Origin: Candidatus Bathyarchaeia archaeon
GTDB taxonomy: Archaea; Thermoproteota; Bathyarchaeia; Bathyarchaeales; Bathycorpusculaceae
Reading direction: 5' to 3'
DNA: 39,963 bases
Assembly (NCBI GenBank): GCA_041479765.1
Contig: JBGOYR010000001.1
Location: forward strand, 1-39,963
In this document: positions 27,004 through 35,601 of the stretch, piece after piece
Layout of the letters: each line of letters starts with the position of its first letter
How positions within the stretch are numbered: the stretch's first letter is position 1
Notes under the pieces: model-generated
The model's database searches: none
What the model was told of the DNA's origin: nothing
What the model saw: only the letters and a program-made list of their open reading frames with translations
Translations under genes and position numbers: made by a program

Positions 27004-27993
27004 ATGTTGATGGGAGATTTGAGGAAGGTTCAGCGAACCGCCAGTGGGACCTTCTTTGTTTGCTTGCCTAAGGCGTGGGCTCAGCATTATGGTCTGGACC
27101 GTGGCTCTGTAGTTGCAGTAAGCGAGACTGGAGACGGCAAGCTTCTTGTGAACCCTGAATACGGCGCTGCGCCTTCACCGCGCACAGTAACATTGAAGGC
27201 TGGCCCATACCTGAGCCGCGAGATCATTGCTAAGTACTTGCTGGGTTTTGACATTATTCGCGTTGAATCAAAGGAGAGAATCAGTCTTGAGATTCGGGAA
27301 ACAGTCAAGGCAGCAGTTAGCAGACTCGTCGGCCTAGAAATCGTTGAAGAAGACTATTCCAGCATCGTCTTGCAGTGTTTGCTGGAGCCTTCAGGCTTTC
27401 CACCGGAAAAGATACTGCGACGTGGCTATGCCCTTGCAGCAGGGATGCATCGGGACGGCGTGAATGCGCTGGTTGATGGGGATTTGAATTTGGCCAAAAG
27501 CATCATAGTACGGGATGATGAGGTTAACAGGCTATACTTCTTGCTGGTTCGAATCTTGCGTACCATCATACAGAATCCCAGTTTGAGTGAGAACTTGGGA
27601 GTGCGACCAATCGACTGCCTTGACTATCGCCTTGCAGCGAGCCTTGTTGAGGCTCTTGGCGATGAATGCGTGGGCATAGCGTCAAAGGCTGCGGAGCTGA
27701 AAGGTGCGAAGCTATCTAGGGAGTTGAAAAAGATCTTGGTTGATTTTCACACTGCATGTTTCGAGGCGCATGAGAACGCGGTGAAAGCGTTTCTTGCGGG
27801 CGACATTGTGTTGGCCGAGGATGTGCGGAAGACCCGGGAAAAGGTGGAGATCACTTTTGCAGAGATCGAGAAGGTGGCTAAGGAGCAGTCGCTTGATGCT
27901 GTTCCTCATGTCTTGGCAGTGGCGTCGCTTCTGAAGCAGATTTATGAGCACAGCGTAGACATCGCGGACTTGGTTATGCCTAAAAGGGAATGA
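27004..27993 (+). CDS. PhoU-family regulator with N-terminal AbrB/SpoVT-like domain
   Basis: The ATG at 27004 or 27010 follows AGGTGG. The N-terminus RKVQRTASGTFFVCLPKAWAQHYGL is AbrB-like and is followed by two PhoU-like helical repeats (DDEVNRLYFLLVR...). Confidence 0.65.
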   Translation: MLMGDLRKVQRTASGTFFVCLPKAWAQHYGLDRGSVVAVSETGDGKLLVNPEYGAAPSPRTVTLKAGPYLSREIIAKYLLGFDIIRVESKERISLEIRETVKAAVSRLVGLEIVEEDYSSIVLQCLLEPSGFPPEKILRRGYALAAGMHRDGVNALVDGDLNLAKSIIVRDDEVNRLYFLLVRILRTIIQNPSLSENLGVRPIDCLDYRLAASLVEALGDECVGIASKAAELKGAKLSRELKKILVDFHTACFEAHENAVKAFLAGDIVLAEDVRKTREKVEITFAEIEKVAKEQSLDAVPHVLAVASLLKQIYEHSVDIADLVMPKRE

Positions 27994-28002
27994 CAACCTC
28001 TT

Positions 28003-29223
28003 TCACAGAGGAAGCTTATCCACTTTCTGTGGTTGCTTGCTCAGTCTGACATCGTTACCCATGCGTAAATCATGAGTGTACTGTACTTCCCCTCCTATGC
28101 CACAGTGTGATTCGATCATGACGCTTTCACCGTAGATGTTCTCAACTTGTGCGCCACTCCTGAGGACGATGCGTTTTCCGTAGATATCGCCAGCACGTGC
28201 GTCCTTGCCGATGATTACTTCGTCTGCTCGTATTGGGCCGCGTACCTCACCGCGGTTGCCTATTTCAACGAATGCCGCCTCTGCGCCTTCGTCAGTGTCG
28301 ATGGAACCACCTACCTCGACGCGTGTTTCGGCTTTGGCTTTTCGTGCGCGGAAGGTTCCGCCAACTTCGATGCTTCTGGTTGTGACTTCGCCGAACACAC
28401 CTACTCTGCCGCCGACCTCTAGGCTACCCGACAGCTTGAGCGACCCACCGACATCTACTCTGCCGCCCACTTCCAAGTCCTTGCCTTGGCCTGTGCCTGA
28501 AATGTCTACCTTGCCTCCGACATCTATGCCCTCAAATTCAAGGTCGCCTTCCACTCGGAACGAGCCGCCCACATCTATGTCGCCGCCTTTACTGTTGCCT
28601 GCTAGCCGAACGGTTCCACCGACGTCTATCTTTTCAAACTCTAGTGGTGCTGTTGATTCGAAGCTTCCGCCTACGTCTATGTCATGGATTGTTCCTCCAT
28701 GGACTTTGGCTGCTCCGCCTATGTCGAGTGAGCGTATGTTGACTTTTGATTCGACGTGCATGCTACCGCCTACATCCACGCTCTCTACTTCAGCTTCGCC
28801 TTTGACTCTGAAGCTTCCACCCACATCTACGTCCTTAATCTTCGCGTTTCCGTCGACCTGAAGGCTTCCGCCTACTTCGGCTTCTTCCGCAGTTAGGTCT
28901 TCGCTTACGTACAGAGCTTCGTCTACGTCGATGTGGTTTGCAGACATCTTCCCGTGAACCTCAAGACGCCCATCTGAGACATCTACATCGCCTTCTACAA
29001 TTAGGTCTCCGCGGATGGTTACGTTGTCTTCAGCTTCCAGATTGCGTGCTGAGAGGTTGCATTCGAACGTGACGTCTTCTTCGCAGTAGACTGTGCCTGC
29101 AACTTTCAGAGTGGCTGGTGAACCTGTGCCTTTTACTAATGCGTGGGAGCCTACGGTCAAATCTCCGTCAACGAAGTCTAACGTTAACGTGCTTCTTCGT
29201 GGAACCGATATTTTGCTGTCCAT
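28003..29223 (-). CDS. Beta-solenoid repeat protein, bactofilin-like (polymer-forming cytoskeletal family candidate)
   Basis: 406 aa with a GGAGG SD. There are 13 [DE][VI]GG[STAKR] units, mostly spaced exactly 17 residues apart. The C-terminal segment GEVRGPIRADEVIIGKDARAGDIYGKRIVLRSGAQVENIYG resembles bactofilin windings. Confidence 0.65.
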   Translation of the reverse strand: MDSKISVPRRSTLTLDFVDGDLTVGSHALVKGTGSPATLKVAGTVYCEEDVTFECNLSARNLEAEDNVTIRGDLIVEGDVDVSDGRLEVHGKMSANHIDVDEALYVSEDLTAEEAEVGGSLQVDGNAKIKDVDVGGSFRVKGEAEVESVDVGGSMHVESKVNIRSLDIGGAAKVHGGTIHDIDVGGSFESTAPLEFEKIDVGGTVRLAGNSKGGDIDVGGSFRVEGDLEFEGIDVGGKVDISGTGQGKDLEVGGRVDVGGSLKLSGSLEVGGRVGVFGEVTTRSIEVGGTFRARKAKAETRVEVGGSIDTDEGAEAAFVEIGNRGEVRGPIRADEVIIGKDARAGDIYGKRIVLRSGAQVENIYGESVMIESHCGIGGEVQYTHDLRMGNDVRLSKQPQKVDKLPL

Positions 29224-29297
29224 TTTTCCGTTTTCCTCCTTTTCTGGTTAATTTGGCTGTTTAAAAGGGGTACTCACCTTTTGTTACTGCTCGCTGT

Positions 29298-29432
29298 TTA
29301 GCGGATTGCTGATGCCTTTATGATCTGCGCCTGAAGCATCCTGACGATTTGCGGCTCAGTGTCTCTTCCCTTGTCATTCTTTTCCTCTATTGATCCATGC
29401 ATCCCATTTGATTCATTCATTCTACGTGCCAT
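29298..29432 (-). CDS. Candidate 44-aa micro-ORF upstream of the beta-solenoid gene
   Basis: MARRMNESNGMHGSIEEKNDKGRDTEPQIVRMLQAQIIKASAIR. The ATG is preceded by GAGGTGA at 6-nt spacing. It is below the ORF-track length cutoff and on the same strand as the downstream gene. Confidence 0.35.
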   Translation of the reverse strand: MARRMNESNGMHGSIEEKNDKGRDTEPQIVRMLQAQIIKASAIR

Positions 29433-29540
29433 TTCTGTTCACCTCATCAGTTTACTGATTAAAGAGTGAGGCTTTGGAAGGCTTAAAAGGCGACGCACCT
29501 AAGGAAAACACAACAGGTAATAACAGACTGTTACTGCTGT

Positions 29541-29834
29541 CTATTCTTCTTCTAGCGCGGCGAAGAATTTGCGCATGCGCTTGAACGTTTCCAGGAATTC
29601 GAGGCCCCATTTCGTGGTTCTGTATTTTTTCGCGTTGCCTATGAGCACTTCATTTATGAAACCATGTACAACCAGAAAATTGAGAATCTTCTTGGTCCTG
29701 TCCACGGGCATATTGGCTCCGTAGGAGATCCTTGTAAGCGAGCATTGTCCTTTCCTAACGATCATCTCGATTACATCCGCGTAAATGTCGTACTTGGTTC
29801 TCCTCCGTTCTTCTTCCAAGACAGGCTTCTCCAA
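29541..29834 (-). CDS. Small archaeal winged-helix protein (HTH_45-like)
   Basis: YDIYADVIEMIVRKGQCSLTRISYGANMPVDRTKKILNFLVVHGFINE...KYRTTKWGLEFLETF matches the small archaeal wHTH pattern. The start is uncertain: TTG 29834, GTG 29885 or GTG 29897, and the last would overlap the divergent gene. Confidence 0.65.
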   Translation of the reverse strand: MEKPVLEEERRRTKYDIYADVIEMIVRKGQCSLTRISYGANMPVDRTKKILNFLVVHGFINEVLIGNAKKYRTTKWGLEFLETFKRMRKFFAALEEE

Positions 29835-29877
29835 TATCCGGCAATAATTAAAGGCAGAACACTTAATCTTAGTTGCG

Positions 29878-30699
29878 GTGAACACCGTGCACCACACAGC
29901 TTTTGAGGATAGGCAAGTTCACATAAACTGTCAGAAGGGAGACTTGGCTGAATACTTGCTGATACCAGGGAACCCAGATCGTGCACAGAAGATTGCCAGC
30001 CATTGGGACTCGAGTCACGAAGTCTCGGCGCATCGCGAGTTCCGCAGCTTCACGGGCAAATACAAAGACGTGCCCATCTCCGTTCTTTCAAGCGGTATAG
30101 GTCCAGCCTGCATGGCAATAGCCGTCAACGAAGCCGCGAATGTTGGCGTGAGCACGTTCGTCCGTGTTGGCAGCACAGGCGCCATACAGAAAAACATCGA
30201 GATCGGCGACCTTGTCATCTCTTCAGCCGCTGTCCGTCTTGACTGCACCAGCAACTGCTACGTAATGCCCGAATACCCCGCAGTTGCAAACTATGAAGCT
30301 CTTCTCGCGCTCATCGAAGCCGCCGAAGTCTTAGACATAACCAACTACCATATAGGCGTAACCGCCACAACAGCCGACTTCTACGCTGGTCAAAGCCGCC
30401 CAACCAAAGCATCTGCGCCTCAATCTGAAAACCTGCTTCCCACATTGCAGAGAGCTGGCGTGCTGAACTTCGAAATGGAAACAGCCACACTCTACACGCT
30501 CGCAAGCCTCGGCGGTCTTAGAGCGGCCTCTATCTGTGCCGTGTTTGCCAATCGTTGCACGAATAAATTCGAAACTGGTGCCGGTGAGGAGGAAGCGATA
30601 AAGATTGCCGATGAAGCAGTCAGGATTCTGCACGGCTGGAATGAGCTGAAGAAAAAGAAGAAGAAACGTTGGCTTTATCCTTCACTCCTTAGGTTATAG
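29878..30699 (+). CDS. Nucleoside phosphorylase (uridine/purine nucleoside phosphorylase family, PNP_UDP_1)
   Basis: 273 aa with a GTG start. It has LLIPGNPDRAQKIA, VRVGSTGAIQ and NFEMETATLY. Confidence 0.8.
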   Translation: MNTVHHTAFEDRQVHINCQKGDLAEYLLIPGNPDRAQKIASHWDSSHEVSAHREFRSFTGKYKDVPISVLSSGIGPACMAIAVNEAANVGVSTFVRVGSTGAIQKNIEIGDLVISSAAVRLDCTSNCYVMPEYPAVANYEALLALIEAAEVLDITNYHIGVTATTADFYAGQSRPTKASAPQSENLLPTLQRAGVLNFEMETATLYTLASLGGLRAASICAVFANRCTNKFETGAGEEEAIKIADEAVRILHGWNELKKKKKKRWLYPSLLRL

Positions 30700-30711
30700 A
30701 AAACCTGGAAA

Positions 30712-31884
30712 GTGCCAGCGTTGAGCGAAGACGTGGAAGTAGTAGCGCTAGAGAGGCTGACTAGGTTCTATCTGCTGAACCACTTCCTGCCGGAGAAGGC
30801 TAAGAAACGGAGGATCCTAGATGTTGTTGGGGCAGTGTGCGGTTTGCATTCGCAATTGCCCCTGGCACCCTATTCTTCTCTTTGGAACAGGGTGAAAGAT
30901 TTCGAACCTCAACTATTAGACGATGCTCTCTACCAAGAGAGGAGTCTGGTCAAAACGTGGTTCATGAGAGGGACACTCCACATAGTCCCTTCCAAAGATC
31001 TGCCCATCTACCACAACGCCCTCAAGAGAATGTGGTTCGAACATCACGGAAGATACATGAACACGCCAGACTGGCCAAACCGCGAACAACGAGAAAAACT
31101 GATCTACCCCAAGATTCTGGAAGCACTTGCTGAAAAACCACTACGGAGGAAGGAACTCAACGACAAGACACGCTCGTTGCTAGGTGATGAACGTCAACCC
31201 TATGCTAGGCTCTTTTCGGCATGGGGCGGCATTCTGAAAGAAACCTGTTACATGGGCCTAACGGTTCATGCTCAACCATGTGGCAAGGAATCGTGCTTTG
31301 CAAGATTGGATCAGTGGCTCCCGAACATAAGTCTAGGAGAGACTGATGAAGACCAGGCGAGAAACGAGCTATTGTTGAAGTACTTGCACTGTTACGGACC
31401 TGCTTCTGCCCAAGACTTTGCCTGCTGGAGTGGGCTACTCACGAGCGAGGCAACAAGGGCGATTGAAATCAACTTGACAGTTCTGAAACCTGTGCAGATC
31501 AAGGAAACTGGCAAGAGGCTTTGGATGTTGAGGAAGGACTTCAAAAATCTGCAGAAACTGGATTTGGACGAGGAAGCTCCACTATGCCTGTTGCCGAAGT
31601 TCGACTCATACCTGATGGGGCACAAGAACAGAACAAGAATAATCGAAGACCAATTCCTCAAACAAGTGTACCGCCCAGTCATAGGCGATGTAGCCGCCAC
31701 CATGCTTGTCAACGGGCGCATAGTCGGAACATGGGCCAGCAAGAAAACTGCGAAAATGCTTACAGTTGCCGTAAAGGCCTTCAGAAAACTCGATAAAGAC
31801 ACGCTGTCTGAGCTTGAGCAAGTCGCCAAGGAACTAGGTGCATTCATGGGCGTCGAGCAGACAAAAGTTGTGTTGGCAGACTAG
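30712..31884 (+). CDS. Winged-helix DNA glycosylase-like protein (HTH_42 / AlkZ-YcaQ superfamily)
   Basis: 390 aa with a GTG start. The N-terminal pattern ...VVGAVCGLHSQLPLAPYSSLWNRV...SLVKTWFMRGTLHIVPSKDLP resembles the family as I remember it. Confidence 0.55.
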   Translation: MPALSEDVEVVALERLTRFYLLNHFLPEKAKKRRILDVVGAVCGLHSQLPLAPYSSLWNRVKDFEPQLLDDALYQERSLVKTWFMRGTLHIVPSKDLPIYHNALKRMWFEHHGRYMNTPDWPNREQREKLIYPKILEALAEKPLRRKELNDKTRSLLGDERQPYARLFSAWGGILKETCYMGLTVHAQPCGKESCFARLDQWLPNISLGETDEDQARNELLLKYLHCYGPASAQDFACWSGLLTSEATRAIEINLTVLKPVQIKETGKRLWMLRKDFKNLQKLDLDEEAPLCLLPKFDSYLMGHKNRTRIIEDQFLKQVYRPVIGDVAATMLVNGRIVGTWASKKTAKMLTVAVKAFRKLDKDTLSELEQVAKELGAFMGVEQTKVVLAD

Positions 31885-31946
31885 ACAGCAAGTTTCGTTC
31901 CAGTTGGATAAAGCTAAAAGCTACGGTTTCAGAACTTCTACGCAGA

Positions 31947-32074
31947 GCCGGGGTGGCGGAGTGGTTATCGCGCTGGCCTCGAGATCCTAACACAGAAACA
32001 GGGCCAAAGCCAACAAGGGACGGGCAAGCCAGTGGGCCGCAAGGCTCGCAGGGGTTCGAGTCCCTTCCCCGGCG
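31947..32074 (+). tRNA. tRNA-Ser(CGA) with a 43-nt intron at the canonical 37/38 position
   Basis: I folded this by hand. The acceptor is GCCGGGG/CCCCGGC with discriminator G. The D arm is GCGG-AGTGGTTA-TCGC. The anticodon stem CTGGC (31973-77) pairs with GCCAG (32028-32), and the loop is CTCGAG|A with anticodon CGA. The intron spans 31984-32026. A long variable arm has a GCAA loop. The T arm is AGGGG-TTCGAGT-CCCTT. No CCA is encoded. Confidence 0.85.
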
Positions 32075-32146
32075 CCTAGCTTGCCATGACCGCAAGTGCT
32101 TTATTGAAGCTGTGAATAGCCTTCGTTGTTCAGGTTTGTGGGTGGT

Positions 32147-32614
32147 ATGAGTTCAGGTTCACCTTTGGATGATTGGCGTTTTCTTGTTGGCACTTGGAAG
32201 GGTTCAGCGAAGGATCAGTTCGGCGAGAAGGGCATAATCGAGGGCACTGTTGTTTTCTCTCTTGAGCCGAGTGAGAAGTTCATCATGGGCAAGCACGAAG
32301 GTTACAGTGAAAGTCGCCTGCTCAACAAGAGTGTCACGCTACTGTTTTATGACTCCTTGGAACAGAAGTTCAGGCGGAAATCGTTCTTCTCTTATGGTTT
32401 CGTGAACAACGAAGTGGAATGCACCAGAAACAAGGACGAGGTCAAGTTCGACGTTGCGATGGAACCGTTGCCGAAGAGCTTCGAAGGAACACGATGGCGC
32501 TCTTTCCTAAGGAAGATATCGGACAAGGAACTGGCTATGGGCTTGGAGGTAGCGAAGCAAGGAGAGGAATTCAAGAAATACGGCGAATCGATTCTGCACA
32601 AAACAGAAAAATAG
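32147..32614 (+). CDS. Hypothetical protein (possible lipocalin/DUF1579-like beta-barrel)
   Basis: The ATG at 32147 follows GGTGG. The WRFLVGTWKG motif near the N-terminus is followed by mixed beta-type sequence. Confidence 0.5.
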   Translation: MSSGSPLDDWRFLVGTWKGSAKDQFGEKGIIEGTVVFSLEPSEKFIMGKHEGYSESRLLNKSVTLLFYDSLEQKFRRKSFFSYGFVNNEVECTRNKDEVKFDVAMEPLPKSFEGTRWRSFLRKISDKELAMGLEVAKQGEEFKKYGESILHKTEK

Positions 32615-32706
32615 AGAAGACTCAATCCTTAGCTTGCGATATTCTTAAATCGCACCTCTGACTGGTTCATGTTTTATCAATCTGAGGTCAAGTTGGCGAA
32701 TGAGAG

Positions 32707-34371
32707 TTGCGAAGGTACCTGCTGAGTTTCATCTGCGGATTAGCCATTCTCTGCGTTATGACCTGGCTAATCATGACCTTCCTGCCATACGATGAAATCA
32801 GGCAACTCCCACTATACACATTCAGCACAGTCACCAGAATCGTAATCACACTAGTAATATCAGTCATATGGGGAGTATCCTTCGGCATACTGGCAGCCAC
32901 AAACAAATGGGCATCATTGACTCTTACGCCCTTCATAGATCTGCTGCAATCCATCCCGATACTGGGTTACTTCCCAATGGTCATAGGATTCCTGTTCCTG
33001 ATGGGACCTTTAGGTATCGAGCTTTCGGTCATCGTTTTGCTTTTTACATCAATGGCATGGGCAATATTCTTCGGCGTACTGGGCGCGATCCGCGGAATTC
33101 CGACAAATGTCGTTGAGTCTGCACGAAGCTTCGGCTTGACTGGGTGGCGGTACGTCAGGCATGTCGTACTGCCCGCGATTACTCCCGCAGTGATTTCAGG
33201 AGCGAATCTTGCATGGTGCGACGGCTGGTTCTTCATGATAGCCGCAGAATACATCCAATATCGGGGCAGCGTAGTTACTCCACCCTCAGGCGGGCTGGGT
33301 TATCTCCTCGCAAAAGCTGCTTACGAGTACCGAGACATGAATCTAGCCATAATCCTGCTCATATTCATAACTTTCATCGTCGTGTACTTCAACACTTTGA
33401 CATGGCATAAGCTTATGGAACGTGCGAGCACAGGCACCTTTAAACCAGTCTTCAAGATGGACCTTTCAGGAGTTGGAAAGCTTGGTATCGCGAAGGCAAC
33501 CAACTGGTTCCATTTTGGACGGCTTCATTGGCCGAAGTCCTTTTCCATAGCTGCCCAACGCCTACGCAAGTACACACGCATCGAGAAGGCAGTAGGAGTT
33601 ATCTTGGTCGTCATAGCGACTTTTTCTGTCCTGTACATCGCGCTTGGTCAATTTCCAACGATAGCGATAATTCGCGAAGGTTTCACCAAAAAACCCGCAG
33701 AAGAGCTTGTCTTTCTGCCCCTTTTTGTTGCCTTGACGATGGGGCGTCTGGCAATAGCTTACGGAATTTCGTTGGCAGTGGCTATTGGTATGGGGGTTCT
33801 GGCCGCGGAACACAAGAGGTTCGCAGCCATCTTCTATCCGCTCTTTGATATTGGGCAAGGGGTACCTATCCTGGCTTTGTTTCCGGTTCTTTCCCTTGGG
33901 TTGAGCCAAGTCATCGGAGATCAGAGAATCGCCCTTGAGCTTACTTGCATTATCATATTGGTTTTGGACATGATATGGTACATGTTTCTTAACGTTGTGA
34001 GCGCGGTGAAGAACATTCCCACAGAAATAAATGAAGTCGGGCATCTTCTAGGCTTCAAAGGTCTGAAGAGAATAATCCACATTGTCATTCCATCCATATT
34101 GCCAGCCATAGTGACCGGGAGCATCTTGTCCTGGGGAACAGGCTGGAACACCATAATCTTTGCAGAGTACTTACCCTCAACTTCACCGGGTATTTCGCCG
34201 GTCTCGATTCCAGGGATAGGCTCATTGCTGGATAAGGCAGGTTATGAGTATGGAAATACCATTGTGCTCGTTTTCATGCTAGGGATAATCGCCGCAATAG
34301 TCCTCTTGATGGAAGCTTTCGTGTGGCGACGCTTGCTTAGGAGATTTGAAAAATATCATGTGGAAGTGTGA
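32707..34371 (+). CDS. ABC transporter permease, fused double-domain (NitT/TauT-like)
   Basis: 554 aa. It has two EAA-type loops (ESARSFGLTGWRYVRHVVLPAI and NEVGHLLGFKGLKRIIHIVIPSI), each within a block of about 6 TM segments. The start is uncertain (TTG 32707). Confidence 0.8.
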   Translation: MRRYLLSFICGLAILCVMTWLIMTFLPYDEIRQLPLYTFSTVTRIVITLVISVIWGVSFGILAATNKWASLTLTPFIDLLQSIPILGYFPMVIGFLFLMGPLGIELSVIVLLFTSMAWAIFFGVLGAIRGIPTNVVESARSFGLTGWRYVRHVVLPAITPAVISGANLAWCDGWFFMIAAEYIQYRGSVVTPPSGGLGYLLAKAAYEYRDMNLAIILLIFITFIVVYFNTLTWHKLMERASTGTFKPVFKMDLSGVGKLGIAKATNWFHFGRLHWPKSFSIAAQRLRKYTRIEKAVGVILVVIATFSVLYIALGQFPTIAIIREGFTKKPAEELVFLPLFVALTMGRLAIAYGISLAVAIGMGVLAAEHKRFAAIFYPLFDIGQGVPILALFPVLSLGLSQVIGDQRIALELTCIIILVLDMIWYMFLNVVSAVKNIPTEINEVGHLLGFKGLKRIIHIVIPSILPAIVTGSILSWGTGWNTIIFAEYLPSTSPGISPVSIPGIGSLLDKAGYEYGNTIVLVFMLGIIAAIVLLMEAFVWRRLLRRFEKYHVEV

Positions 34372-34374
34372 GCT

Positions 34375-35199
34375 ATGTCAGCGCTTGAAATAGAAAATGT
34401 GACCAAGAGTTTCATGACAGAGAAAGGCAAGATACTGGTTCTGGACAACGTCAGCTTCTCAGTGGGAAAGGATGAGTTCCTCTGTCTGGTAGGGTCTTCC
34501 GGCTGCGGAAAATCCACTCTACTCAGGATGATTGCAGGCCTAGAACGCATGGATTCCGGCAGGATATTGTTTCAAGGACAACCACTGACCCAGCCAACTC
34601 CGAAGATCACCATGGTTTTCCAGCTTTTCGGATTGTTGCCTTGGAAGACCGCTTTGGAAAACGTTGAAGTGCCTCTGGAAGTGCTCGGGGTCCCGAAACA
34701 GAACCGTGTGCATGTTGCAGATGAATACCTTCAGATGGTTGGACTTGAAGGGTTTAAGGATTCCTACCCTCATGACCTCTCAGGCGGAATGAAACAACGT
34801 GTTGGAATCGCAAGGGCTTTGGCCTTAAAACCTGAAGTGCTACTTATGGATGAGCCTTTCTCTTCGTTAGATGAACTTACAGCAAAAACGCTCCGTGAGC
34901 TTGTGCTCAACATCTGGCGCAATCCTGCCTTGCCAACGAACACGTTCATAATGGTGAGCCACAATGTCGAAGAAGCCGTATTCATGGCAGACAGAGTAAT
35001 CGTAATGTCGCCTCGTCCAGGAAAAGTTGTCGGGGAGATACGAGTTGATCTGCCGAGACCTCGCTCTTCACAATTGCGGGAGAAAGAGTACTTTCGATAC
35101 GTGGACGAAGTGATGGAATTGCTCGAAAAAGGCAAAACTGTAACAAAGGATGAAAGCCCTCTCTCTTTAACCGCTAGTCGAACGAACAAGCTCCAGTAG
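34375..35199 (+). CDS. ABC transporter ATP-binding protein (nitrate/sulfonate/taurine family-like)
   Basis: It has Walker A GSSGCGKST, MVFQLFGLLPWKTALENV, signature LSGGMKQRV and Walker B LLMDEPFSSLD. Confidence 0.9.
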   Translation: MSALEIENVTKSFMTEKGKILVLDNVSFSVGKDEFLCLVGSSGCGKSTLLRMIAGLERMDSGRILFQGQPLTQPTPKITMVFQLFGLLPWKTALENVEVPLEVLGVPKQNRVHVADEYLQMVGLEGFKDSYPHDLSGGMKQRVGIARALALKPEVLLMDEPFSSLDELTAKTLRELVLNIWRNPALPTNTFIMVSHNVEEAVFMADRVIVMSPRPGKVVGEIRVDLPRPRSSQLREKEYFRYVDEVMELLEKGKTVTKDESPLSLTASRTNKLQ

Positions 35200-35276
35200 A
35201 AATATTGCCTTCCTATGAAAACTTCGAGATGGCCGACAAAACGGGCGGCCAACCTAAGTATTGGCTTCTCGCAGGT

Positions 35277-35474
35277 CTAGCGCGTTGCTCTTACCGCAAC
35301 CAAGGCTTTCATGGGTTTCTGTTGTTCTGGAATGTAGGCAATCTTGGTCTCTATTCTCTTCATGGCTTCTTTTGCTGCTTTTGCCGCCTCCACTCTCGTT
35401 GTATAGGTTTTTTTCAGTTCGATCCACGGCAACGTGTCATCAATCTTCACCAATATACCGTACATGCTTTCCAT
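35277..35474 (-). CDS. Small hypothetical protein (65 aa)
   Basis: MESMYGILVKIDDTLPWIELKKTYTTRVEAAKAAKEAMKRIE... has ordinary composition. The overlapping + strand ORF (35205..35519) is rich in Cys, Phe and His and looks non-coding. Confidence 0.45.
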   Translation of the reverse strand: MESMYGILVKIDDTLPWIELKKTYTTRVEAAKAAKEAMKRIETKIAYIPEQQKPMKALVAVRATR

Positions 35475-35601
35475 CACTTCCAGCCGAAAATTGAGCCTGA
35501 GCAATTAAAACGGTTATGAATTTGGAATACTGATTCGTGTTCAACTTAGCTTGGATATTTATTTCGGCTTCAATAACACTATAAAGCCGGAGTCCGATTC
35601 T

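Noticed and set aside
28205-28861. 218-aa + strand ORF with a striking PPTS repeat
   Set aside because: It is the antisense shadow of the [DE][VI]GG repeat in the 406-aa minus-strand gene, which has an SD and a coherent beta-solenoid sequence. The Pro/Thr/Ser repeat arises from reading GGxxxx codons backwards.
29300-29350. Possible C/D-box sRNA (TGATGC ... CTGA ... CTGA)
   Set aside because: The C box is imperfect, no C' box is present, and the box spacing is not the 12-nt guide length. The segment is better explained by the 44-codon ORF on the other strand.
31844-32095. 83-aa minus-strand ORF
   Set aside because: It lies antisense to the tRNA-Ser gene. Its Arg/Ser/Pro-rich sequence is typical of translation across a structured RNA gene.
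35205-35519. 104-aa + strand ORF overlapping 35277..35504
   Set aside because: It is rich in Cys, Phe and His and looks implausible. The minus-strand reading has ordinary protein composition.
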